From Gemmatimonadota bacterium (GTDB lineage: Bacteria; Gemmatimonadota; Gemmatimonadetes; Palauibacterales; KS3-K002): DNA of 64,000 nucleotides. A program made the position numbers and the translations under genes. The stretch spans positions 1,969-65,968 of the forward strand of contig JAZGAL010000012.1 of NCBI GenBank assembly GCA_036475815.1. Direction: 5' to 3'. The first letter of the stretch is position 1. The number at the start of each line of letters is the position of its first letter. Shown in pieces: positions 25,904 to 34,147 of the stretch. The notes below the pieces were generated by a model. That model did no database searches. It was not told the DNA's origin and saw nothing but the letters and a program-made list of their open reading frames with translations.

Positions 25904-26011
25904 TCAGATCTGGTCCACGACCCGCTTCCGATGCACCTGTACCTTCGGCACGGCCACGTTGGTGACGTGACGACAGATACAGCGGCGACAGATGCAAACG
26001 CGAGGAGTCAT
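25904..26011 (-). CDS. 35-codon poly-cysteine upstream ORF (candidate leader peptide of the cys operon)
   Basis: Read by hand: ATG ACT CCT CGC GTT TGC ATC TGT CGC CGC TGT ATC TGT CGT CAC ... ATC TGA = MTPRVCICRRCICRHVTNVAVPKVQVHRKRVVDQI. In-frame stop 36 nt upstream of the ATG. Too short for the ORF track. Stop is 17 nt before the hairpin. Confidence 0.5.
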   Translation of the reverse strand: MTPRVCICRRCICRHVTNVAVPKVQVHRKRVVDQI

Positions 26012-26086
26012 ATGCTTTCGGTCGTGATATGAACTAACACCCGGCTATCATAGATATGTCATCGGGGCCGTTTTGGTTCCCGGCGG

Positions 26087-26752
26087 TCAAACGTCCACTG
26101 CCAGGCTGCGGCGCAGCGCCTGAACGTTTTCCCGGATCGAGCCTTCGGAGAACACGGCTGAGCCCGCCACGAGCACGGTCGCGCCGGCGGCGACGGCGGC
26201 GGGGGCCGTCTTGGGGTCGATGCCACCGTCGACCTCGATCTGGATGTCCTGGCGCCCTTGCGTTTGCAGGCTCTGCGAGAGCCGGGCGATCTTCGGCAGG
26301 CACTCGGAGATGAATCTCTGGCCTCCGAATCCCGGATTCACCGTCATCACGAGAACCAGATCGACGAAGGGAATGATGTCGATCAACGATTCCACCGGTG
26401 TCGCCGGATTCACGGCGACGGCCGGACGAGCGCCGAGCTCGCGGATCCTCTGGATCGTGCGGTGTAGGTGCGGGCAGGTCTCCCGGTGCACGGTGAGCCA
26501 GTTTGCGCCCGCGCTGACAAAATCATCCAGGTAGCGATCGGGAGTCTCGATCATCAGATGAACGTCCAGGGGCAACTCGGTCACACGCCTTGCCGCCTCG
26601 ACGATCATCGGTCCAATGGTGATGTTCGGCACGAAGTGCCCGTCCATCACATCGACGTGAATCCAGTCAGCGCCACCGGCCTCGGCCTCGGCGATCTGTT
26701 CGCCCAGGCGCGTGAAATCGGCACTGAGTATGCTTGGGGCGATCAATGCCAT
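26087..26752 (-). CDS. rpe: Ribulose-phosphate 3-epimerase
   Basis: MALIAPSILSADFTRLGEQIAEAEAGGADWIHVDVMDGHFVPNITIGP, TVNPGFGGQ, VDGGI. Start placed at the ATG at 26752, 10 nt after the kbl stop, with a GAGG SD. Confidence 0.9.
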   Translation of the reverse strand: MALIAPSILSADFTRLGEQIAEAEAGGADWIHVDVMDGHFVPNITIGPMIVEAARRVTELPLDVHLMIETPDRYLDDFVSAGANWLTVHRETCPHLHRTIQRIRELGARPAVAVNPATPVESLIDIIPFVDLVLVMTVNPGFGGQRFISECLPKIARLSQSLQTQGRQDIQIEVDGGIDPKTAPAAVAAGATVLVAGSAVFSEGSIRENVQALRRSLAVDV

Positions 26753-26762
26753 CGTAGCGGCC

Positions 26763-27950
26763 TCAGAGTATTCCCAGTTTGGCACCCACCTTCTTCATGG
26801 CGTCGAGCACCGCGTCCAGGTGCTCGATCTCATGAGCGGCGGAGACCTGACAACGGATGCGCGCCGTGCCATGCGGTACCACGGGGAAACCGAAACCTAT
26901 GACGAAGACGCCTTCGTCGAGGAGCATCTGGCTCATCTTGATGGCCTCGGCGGTTTCGCCGATGATGATGGGCACGATGGGTGTATCGCCCTCGATGGGA
27001 TTGAACCCCGCCTCGAGCAGCTTCTTGCGGAAATACGCCGTGTTTCTCCTCAGCTTCTGTATCAACTCCGGGTGTTCGTCGAGGTACTCGATGGCCGCCA
27101 GCGAATGGGCTGCCGTGGCGGGCGGAAGCGCGTTCGAGAACAGCATCGGCCGTGAGCGCTGCGTCAGATAGTCGGTCAGTTCCCGGGGGCCGGCGGTAAA
27201 ACCGCCGGCGGCACCGCCCAGCGCCTTTCCGAGGGTGCTGGTGATAACGGGTATCTTCCCGTGGAGTCCGAAATGCTCGGGCGTGCCGCGGCCGGTATCG
27301 CCCAGCACGCCGGTGGAGTGCGAGTCGTCGATCGCCACGGTGGCGTCGTATTTTTCGGCCAGATCGAGAATATCGGGAAGCTTGCAGATGTCGCCTTCCA
27401 TGGAGAAGACGCCGTCTGTAATGATGAACCGGTGTCTGGAGCCGGCCGAGTCCTTCAGCGCCTGTTCCAGATCCGCCATGTCCGAATGCTTGTAGATCTT
27501 CCGCTTCGCCCGTGTCATTCGCACGCCATCGATAATCGAGGCGTGATTCAGCTCATCGGATATGAGCGTGTCCTCCTCTTCCAGGAACGTGGGCATCAGA
27601 CCGGTGTTCGCATTCCAGCACGAAACGTATGTGAGCGCCGACTCGAGGCCGAGGAAGGCAGCGATCTTCTCCTCGAGCTTCTTGTGGAGGGTGAACGTTC
27701 CACAGATGAACCGCACCGACGATGTCCCGGCCCCGTACTCCTCGTACGCCGCCGCGCCGGCCGCTACGACCGCCGGCGTGTTGCAGAGGCCCAGATAGTT
27801 GTTTGAGCATAGGTTGATCACCTCGCCGCCGGTCTCTTCGATTCTCACTACCGCGTCCTGCGGCGAATCAAGGTGGATAAGTCGCTTGTATACCCCCTGC
27901 TCCTCCATCTCGCGGAGCTCGCTTTGTAGCCGCTCGAACAGCCCGTTCAT
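26763..27950 (-). CDS. kbl: Glycine C-acetyltransferase (2-amino-3-ketobutyrate CoA ligase)
   Basis: 395 aa. INLCSNNYLGL, DELNHASIIDG, DDSHSTGVLG, STLGKALGG (PLP lysine). Typical Kbl/BioF-family layout, with the Kbl-like N-terminus ...EEQGVYKRL. Confidence 0.9.
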   Translation of the reverse strand: MNGLFERLQSELREMEEQGVYKRLIHLDSPQDAVVRIEETGGEVINLCSNNYLGLCNTPAVVAAGAAAYEEYGAGTSSVRFICGTFTLHKKLEEKIAAFLGLESALTYVSCWNANTGLMPTFLEEEDTLISDELNHASIIDGVRMTRAKRKIYKHSDMADLEQALKDSAGSRHRFIITDGVFSMEGDICKLPDILDLAEKYDATVAIDDSHSTGVLGDTGRGTPEHFGLHGKIPVITSTLGKALGGAAGGFTAGPRELTDYLTQRSRPMLFSNALPPATAAHSLAAIEYLDEHPELIQKLRRNTAYFRKKLLEAGFNPIEGDTPIVPIIIGETAEAIKMSQMLLDEGVFVIGFGFPVVPHGTARIRCQVSAAHEIEHLDAVLDAMKKVGAKLGIL

Positions 27951-27986
27951 GTAGCCTCCCGCTCGGGTGGGGCTTAGAGTGAGGAT

Positions 27987-28127
27987 CTAATCCTTGACTC
28001 CGAGTGTGTCGTCCCGGCGGCGCGCCTCCAACTGGCGCGCCCGGGCCGACCTCAGGCCGTAATAGATGATCGTTGCGGATCCGAGAATCAGAATAGGAAT
28101 TAGAACCGCGCCTTCAAGCCCCATCAT
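27987..28127 (-). CDS. Hypothetical small membrane protein
   Basis: AGGGAG SD 8 nt before the ATG at 28127. MMGLEGAVLIPILILGSATIIYYGLRSARARQLEARRRDD has one TM helix and a basic tail. Confidence 0.45.
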   Translation of the reverse strand: MMGLEGAVLIPILILGSATIIYYGLRSARARQLEARRRDDTLGVKD

Positions 28128-28417
28128 GGCTATGATCTCCCTTTCAAGGAAACTCCGAGGAACCGGCTGGTCACATATCAAGCGCTGGCTAACTTGGCCG
28201 GCATCACGCACTTGGGCAAGGGTCCCGGGCAAGCAGCGCCGCATCGGCGGGCACGGATGCTTCCTCGAGACGCCCGGCGGGGGGCTGCAGGAGCTAAGCC
28301 TATGATATGTTTGAAGTTGCTGCAGTGGTGCACAGCAACCCTTTTCCTTTCCGATTCGCCACCCTAACTTTAAAAGGCGCGGGTTCTCGACAGCTACAAC
28401 GACAAAGGACCGCAGCC

Positions 28418-30637
28418 GTGAAGCATCTCATCCCTCTCCTGCTATCGGCTCTGGTGGTCGTTTCGGCGCAAGCCGCTTCGGCCCAGGAAGATGTGGCCCG
28501 CGCTTACATCACGCAGGGCCTCGCCGCCGCCTCCGCCGGTGATACGACGCTTGCATTTGCTGAGTTCGAGAGAGCCCGCGATGCCGCGCCCAAGCTGGCC
28601 GACACGTACTACCAGATCGGTCGTTTGTACGTCGAGATATCCTCCGCCGTCGAGACCGATTTCCGCGACCGACGGAAGGCGGAGCGGAATCTGCTGAAAG
28701 CCTTGCGGCTCAAGCCGTCCGATCCCCGCTACCTGCTCGAGTTGGCGCGCCTTCGCTTGAAGCAGCACATGAAGGTGGATGCTTCGCGGCTGTTCGGCCG
28801 TGCTCTCAAAGAAGCGGAGAAACAGTCTGATCCCCGCATCCTGGCGGAGGTTCACTTCAACCTCGGCTACATCAAGGAGCTGTGGTATCGGTCGATAGAG
28901 TATCGACGCTTTAATCCGCTGCTCAGGGGGCCGCCCCAGGACCAACTCGACCCGACCGGCGTGAATGGCTTCATGGGCGTTCAGGGCCCCATCCGCTATG
29001 GCAACGAGTACATGGAGCAGACTCCCGCGATCCAGGGATCGGGCCAGGTCACGAAGGAGGAGATGATAGAGCACTACCGCAAGGCGTTGCGGTACGACCC
29101 CAAGCATGTCGGTGCGTCGATTCGGCTGATGGGCCAACTGCTCGATGAGTACAGGATGGGCGAGTACCTATCGATCGCACGCAGGCTGAGCGCGGCGCAC
29201 CCCGAGCGGCCGCTGCCCTATCTGTACCTGGGGCTCGGACTTCACGCCGCCGGCCGGGAAGAGACAGCGTCCGAGGCATTCGATGAGGCGCTCATGCGGC
29301 TGCCTGACGAGGAGCGGGCTCAGGTGGAGAGCCTGGCTGAGGTGATGCGGCGGGATGATGCGAGGGACTATCTGGGGCTCTCCGATGAGACGCGGGCCGA
29401 GTTCAACGATCGCTACTGGCTCTTGTCCGACCCGCTGTACCTCACAGTGGCAAACGAGAGGCGCCTCGAGCACCTTTCGCGGGTCGCGTATGCCGACCTT
29501 CGCTTCTCGGCGCCTGAGGCAGGTTTGCGTGGGTGGCAGACGGACCAGGGAATTATCTACACCCGCTACGGCCCGCCTGAATCGATCGCATCGTTCGGCG
29601 CGGAGCCTTACGTTCGCGGCAATCCTTACGCGGTAGGTCGCAGATCGATCATCTGGAGCTATGGCGTCGACGGCCCGGTCTTCATCTTCCGTCAGATGCC
29701 AGGCTATCTGAACGCGCGCTTCGCGGGGGATTACAAGTTCATCGCCGACAACTACCGTTATCTCCAGCCGGCGCGGTATGCCAACATCCCCTCGCTTCCC
29801 GAGCTGCTGGACTTGCCGGTCCAGCTTGCCCGGTTCCGTGGTGACACTCCGGATGAGGTGGTCGTCGAGGTCCATGCGGCACTGCCTCTGGAAGGCCTGG
29901 CTCAGGGCCTCGATCTGCGGACGGGCCAGATCGAGACCGGCATGTTCCTGCTGAACGAGTATGGCGAGACAATCGTTCGTCGCGTGAACACCGAGACTTT
30001 GAACTACGCCGAGTCGCCGGATGTCGACGAATTCAGGAGCTGGCGGCTTGTCCTCGCGCCTGCCGGCCCGCTGGTGGCGGCGGTGGAGGTGCGTGATGCG
30101 GTGACCTGGCGCGCTGCGGCGGCGCGCGAGACGTTCACTGCGTATCGGTTCCCCGAGGATTCCTTGAGCGTGAGCGACATACTTGTGGCCGACTACGTGA
30201 AGCCGCTGGTCGAAGATCCGAAGAAACGATCCGACTACGAGGTCTGGCCGAATGCGGCGTTGGAGTACAGGTCGGGCGAACCCGTACACATCTATTACGA
30301 GATCTATGGATTGCAGAGCGACGCGGAGGGCTTCGCCTCGTACGACGTGTCGATCCAGGTCAGAGTGAGGAGCCTCACACGCGGGGGAGGCCTCGCAGCG
30401 CTGATCGGGGTCCTGGCTGATGCCTGGGGGTTCAGCATCGTGGGGGACGACAGGCTGGAGCTGCGCTACTCCCGCCTGGTGAAGATGGAGGGCCGTGACC
30501 GGGTGACGGAGTACCTCTCCCTGGATCCACAGGAGGTGCCTGCCGGCCGGTACGAGATCAGACTGAGAATCTGGGACAATCTCGGCGAGCGGATGGCCAG
30601 CAGCTTGCGCACCTTCGAGGTCGTTGATGAGGAGTAG
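28418..30637 (+). CDS. TPR-repeat + GWxTD-domain protein, secreted
   Basis: GTG at 28418 with an AAAGGA SD yields the signal peptide VKHLIPLLLSALVVVSAQAASAQ (ORF-track start 28307). TPR-like helices. RGWQTDQGIIYTRYGPPESI is the GWxTD motif. Confidence 0.8.
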   Translation: MKHLIPLLLSALVVVSAQAASAQEDVARAYITQGLAAASAGDTTLAFAEFERARDAAPKLADTYYQIGRLYVEISSAVETDFRDRRKAERNLLKALRLKPSDPRYLLELARLRLKQHMKVDASRLFGRALKEAEKQSDPRILAEVHFNLGYIKELWYRSIEYRRFNPLLRGPPQDQLDPTGVNGFMGVQGPIRYGNEYMEQTPAIQGSGQVTKEEMIEHYRKALRYDPKHVGASIRLMGQLLDEYRMGEYLSIARRLSAAHPERPLPYLYLGLGLHAAGREETASEAFDEALMRLPDEERAQVESLAEVMRRDDARDYLGLSDETRAEFNDRYWLLSDPLYLTVANERRLEHLSRVAYADLRFSAPEAGLRGWQTDQGIIYTRYGPPESIASFGAEPYVRGNPYAVGRRSIIWSYGVDGPVFIFRQMPGYLNARFAGDYKFIADNYRYLQPARYANIPSLPELLDLPVQLARFRGDTPDEVVVEVHAALPLEGLAQGLDLRTGQIETGMFLLNEYGETIVRRVNTETLNYAESPDVDEFRSWRLVLAPAGPLVAAVEVRDAVTWRAAAARETFTAYRFPEDSLSVSDILVADYVKPLVEDPKKRSDYEVWPNAALEYRSGEPVHIYYEIYGLQSDAEGFASYDVSIQVRVRSLTRGGGLAALIGVLADAWGFSIVGDDRLELRYSRLVKMEGRDRVTEYLSLDPQEVPAGRYEIRLRIWDNLGERMASSLRTFEVVDEE

Positions 30638-31862
30638 CACAGTCTTCGGAGGCGGCTTCGGGTCGACACGTCTGCGAGGGTCGCTTGCATTCACGCTTGC
30701 GCTCGCCATCGCTCTGGTCGTCACCTTGCCGACTGCCGGGGCCGCGCAGTATGCGCCCAAGAGCTATAAGAAATGGTACCTCAGTATCGGCACCGCACTC
30801 CTTGTCGGCATACCGGCCTACGCCTTCACCGCCGAGGGCGGGTTTAACTCGGCCTGCAGCAGCAAGAATTGCGTCGGATTGGTCGCCGGGCTCATCGGTT
30901 TCACGATCGGGTTCCTGGTCGGGGCGGAGATGGACAAGAACTATGTCCGGCGGATGGCTGCGGGCCCCTCGCTCAATTACAGCTACCGGGACGTGCCGCT
31001 CGACTTGGTGCCGGACCGCATAACTCAGTTTCCCGGCGGTGCAGCGGTGGTCGGTGTGGGTGGGGCGCGCATCGTGATGCGGGACGGCACGGTGGTTCCT
31101 CGCGGGAGTGGCGTACGCGGCATCGAGGACGTGGCCGTGATGCCCGGTCTCGATCTGCTGATCATGAGTACGTTCTCGAATCTGATCAGCTTCCCTGTCG
31201 AAAACGACTCGGCTCAGGGCCAGGTGATCGACGAGCGGGGCGGCGGTGCCCTGGGGGTTTTCGAGAACAGGCTGGCCGTCGCGGGACTGGACTCGCTCCG
31301 CTTGCTGCAGGTCACCGACAGCGGAGGTGAAGTAGACGTCGAAACGCTGGCCGCTTTCCAGAACCTCGATTTTGTCACGGATATGGCGTTCGCCAGTCAC
31401 GGGCGTGTTGGCTGGATCTTGATGGAGGACAAGCTGGCCTCCTACAATTCCAGGCTCGAGAAGATCGGGGAAGTGATCCTCCCGGCGGCGGGGCGTAGTG
31501 TGCGAGCGCGCGGCAACCGTTTGGCTGTGGCGGCCGGGAGCGACGGGGTGTACGTGCTGGACGCAACGGATCCTGCAGTGCCGCGGGTTGTACAACATTA
31601 CACTGGAGTGAGGTTCGCATACGCCGCTGACCTCCAGGGTGATCGCCTGTACGTAGCGGCAGGCACGGAGGGTGTAGCGCTGGTTGACATCGGCGGCGAG
31701 GAGGCGAAAGTGATAGGCGTGGCGCGGCACTCGCGTTTTGCCAGCGACGTCTTGGTTTCCGGTTCCGGCGAGGTGTGGATACTGGACCGTGAAGGGCAGA
31801 GCGTCCTGATCGCCGATTTCGGCATTGAAAGCGCCGACGGTAGTGCGAATGTCGGTCGCTAA
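30624..31862 (+). CDS. Membrane-anchored LVIVD-repeat (beta-propeller) protein
   Basis: Overlaps the upstream stop by 14 nt. N-terminal signal plus hydrophobic helices. Repeats RLAVAGLDSLRLLQV, RLAVAAGSDGVYVLDATDP, RLYVAAGTEGVALVDI, EVWILDREGQSVLIADF. Confidence 0.65.
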   Translation: MMRSSTVFGGGFGSTRLRGSLAFTLALAIALVVTLPTAGAAQYAPKSYKKWYLSIGTALLVGIPAYAFTAEGGFNSACSSKNCVGLVAGLIGFTIGFLVGAEMDKNYVRRMAAGPSLNYSYRDVPLDLVPDRITQFPGGAAVVGVGGARIVMRDGTVVPRGSGVRGIEDVAVMPGLDLLIMSTFSNLISFPVENDSAQGQVIDERGGGALGVFENRLAVAGLDSLRLLQVTDSGGEVDVETLAAFQNLDFVTDMAFASHGRVGWILMEDKLASYNSRLEKIGEVILPAAGRSVRARGNRLAVAAGSDGVYVLDATDPAVPRVVQHYTGVRFAYAADLQGDRLYVAAGTEGVALVDIGGEEAKVIGVARHSRFASDVLVSGSGEVWILDREGQSVLIADFGIESADGSANVGR

Positions 31863-31883
31863 ACGGCAAGGAATCGTGATTCG

Positions 31884-32564
31884 ATGGCAGTGGAGCACGT
31901 TGAACAGCGAGTGCGCCGGGAGCGCAAGCTCTGGCGTGTCGGACTGCTCCTCTCCCTCCTCTTCCACCTGAGTCTTCTTCTCTTGTTTCAGAGGGAACCG
32001 GAGCGGTTGACTCCGTATGCCGCGGCAGGACCCGGCAGCGGTGACCCCACGGCCGCGCCGGGCGGCGGCGGGATGCGGGCCATCGTGCTGCGGCCTCCGG
32101 TGAAAATCCCGATACCGCCGCGTCCCGAGACTCCCGTGATCGAGCCCGTGCCTGTCGAGGTACAGCTGGAGGAGCCGATATTGGCCCTGAACGAAATCGA
32201 GCTTCGGAATCCGGGGGAGGGAAGGCGTGAAGGCCAGGAAGCGGGCGCTGGCCTGCCGGGGGGTGAAGGCCGCGGCGACCGGGGTAACGCCATGTCGGGG
32301 CTGCGCAGGCTCATTCCCCCCACTCCCCGCGGCGTGATCATGGCGCCTCTGAATCGGCCGTCGACCGTGCGCGGAAAAGAGGTTACCGTCTGGGTCTTCA
32401 TCACCCAGGCGGGTGCCGTGGACAGTGTCCGGCTGGACCCCCCGACGCCGGACTCGAGGTACAACGAGAACCTGATGCGCGACGCGCGGGACTGGGTGTT
32501 CGAGCCGGCCGAACGAGCCGGCAGGACTGTTGCCACCTGGTACAGCTACACCTGGAAGCTCTGA
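31884..32564 (+). CDS. TonB-family energy-transducer-like protein
   Basis: N-terminal TM LWRVGLLLSLLFHLSLLLLF. Pro-rich spacer PPVKIPIPPRPETPVIEPVPVEV. C-terminal VTVWVFITQAGAVDSVRLDPPTPDSRYNENLMRDARDWVFEPAERAGRTVATW. Confidence 0.6.
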   Translation: MAVEHVEQRVRRERKLWRVGLLLSLLFHLSLLLLFQREPERLTPYAAAGPGSGDPTAAPGGGGMRAIVLRPPVKIPIPPRPETPVIEPVPVEVQLEEPILALNEIELRNPGEGRREGQEAGAGLPGGEGRGDRGNAMSGLRRLIPPTPRGVIMAPLNRPSTVRGKEVTVWVFITQAGAVDSVRLDPPTPDSRYNENLMRDARDWVFEPAERAGRTVATWYSYTWKL

Positions 32565-34147
32565 TGGTAGTGAAGAAACCGGCCAAAGGGCGGATACTGT
32601 GGGTCGATGACGAGGTGGATCTCCTTCTGCCCCACCTCCTGGTCCTCGAGCAGCGCGGGTACACAGTGGACACCCTGCCCAACGGCGATGATGCGCTCAG
32701 CCAGCTTCGCCGCTCCAGCTACGATCTGGTTCTCCTGGACCAGGAGATGCCGGGCCGCTCCGGGACCGAGATGCTGAAGGAGATTCGCAGTGTCGATCCA
32801 CGTATTGCTGTGGTGATGGTAACCAAGAGCGAGGAGGAGACGACACTCACCGAAGCGATCGCGCGCCGCGTCGACGACTACATCGTCAAACCGACGAGTC
32901 CCCGGCAGGTGGCGTCGGTGGTGACACGAATCTTGGAGGGTCCGGGGCTCCGTCACGAGCAGATGGCTCGTGACTTCGTGCAGGCCTACTCAGATATGCT
33001 GGCGCGAATCGAAGCTGCGACGGACTGGCGCGACTGGACCGAGCTCTATTCTGATCTCGTCGACTGGGAACTCCAGCTCGGCGCCGCCCGGGAGAGCGGA
33101 CTGCTCGATTCATTGCGCACGCTCATGGCCGACGCGCGGCACCGGTTCTCTGATTTCGTGGTCCGGGGATACGCTGAGTGGGTGGCGGAAGGGCAGGGGG
33201 CTCGCCCGTCGCTGTCGGTCGATGTGGTCCCGCGATTCTTCCTTCCGCTGCTGGCCCGGGAAGAGCCCGCCGTCCTGATAGTGGTGGACTGCTTGCGGCT
33301 CGATCAGTGGCGAGCGCTGCAGTCGATCATCGATGAGGACTTCGAGATCGAAGAAGATCTCTACTTCTCGATCCTGCCGACGGCTACGCCGTACTCGCGC
33401 AATGCGATCTTTGCCGGCGTTTTTCCCGATCAATTGGCCGAGCGTCGACCCGGCTGGCCGGAGGCCTTTGAGAAGGCCGGTCCCAACTCCTTCGAGGGCG
33501 AATTGTTCGCCGAACAGATCGGGCGGCTCACTGATGGAGCGGTGCCGACCCACTACGAGAAGGTGAATATGGCGAGTGACGGCGAAGCAATGCTCCGGCG
33601 GTTGCCGGCCTTGCTCGACGAGCGTCGCGCCATCGCCATCGTATTCAATTTCGTGGACCTCCTGACCCACGGCCGCGGGGAGTCGCAACTGCTGTTCGAG
33701 ATGGCGCGTGACGCCGAGGCGCTTCGCCGGCTGACCACCACGTGGTACGAGGGTTCATTCCTGCGCCAGGCATTGAAAACCCTCAGTTCGCGTGGCGTGC
33801 GTGTGCTTCTGACAACGGATCACGGTTCGGTTCACTGCCATCGCCCGACCACGGTCTTCGCCAAGCGCGACGCCACTCAGGGCCTGCGTTACAAGTACGG
33901 TGACGACCTCCGGGCGGAAACGCCGTCCAACGTGTTCGCTGTTGCCGACGGAGCATCTATCCGCCTGCCGGCAGGCGGGATGAATACGAACTACCTGCTG
34001 GCTCGCGATGATTACTTCTTCGTGTATCCCACGAAGTTGAGGGAGTACCAGTCGCGTTATCGCGACAGCTTTCTGCACGGTGGCGTAAGCCCGGACGAGA
34101 TGATCCTACCGGTGGCCCTGCTCAGGCCCCGCGGTGAAGCCCTTTGA
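32564..34147 (+). CDS. porX: Response regulator with receiver + PglZ (alkaline-phosphatase-superfamily) domains, PorX-like
   Basis: ILWVDDEVDLL...YDLVLLDQEMPGRSG...DDYIVKP (REC with phospho-acceptor Asp). Then VLIVVDCLRLDQW, TATPYSRNAIFAG, LLTTDHGS (PglZ motifs). 527 aa. Start overlaps the TonB-like stop (TGATG). Confidence 0.7.
   Translation: MVVKKPAKGRILWVDDEVDLLLPHLLVLEQRGYTVDTLPNGDDALSQLRRSSYDLVLLDQEMPGRSGTEMLKEIRSVDPRIAVVMVTKSEEETTLTEAIARRVDDYIVKPTSPRQVASVVTRILEGPGLRHEQMARDFVQAYSDMLARIEAATDWRDWTELYSDLVDWELQLGAARESGLLDSLRTLMADARHRFSDFVVRGYAEWVAEGQGARPSLSVDVVPRFFLPLLAREEPAVLIVVDCLRLDQWRALQSIIDEDFEIEEDLYFSILPTATPYSRNAIFAGVFPDQLAERRPGWPEAFEKAGPNSFEGELFAEQIGRLTDGAVPTHYEKVNMASDGEAMLRRLPALLDERRAIAIVFNFVDLLTHGRGESQLLFEMARDAEALRRLTTTWYEGSFLRQALKTLSSRGVRVLLTTDHGSVHCHRPTTVFAKRDATQGLRYKYGDDLRAETPSNVFAVADGASIRLPAGGMNTNYLLARDDYFFVYPTKLREYQSRYRDSFLHGGVSPDEMILPVALLRPRGEAL

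Noticed and set aside
25829-26032. 67-aa plus-strand ORF between cysM and rpe
   Set aside because: It has no SD or motif. The opposite strand carries the poly-Cys uORF and terminator, which fit the operon context better.
32564-34147. PglZ domain as a marker of a BREX/DISARM-type phage-defence system
   Set aside because: The PglZ domain is fused to a receiver domain (PorX architecture). None of the other BREX genes (pglX methyltransferase, brxC ATPase, brxL, etc.) is present, and the neighbours are envelope/LPS genes.
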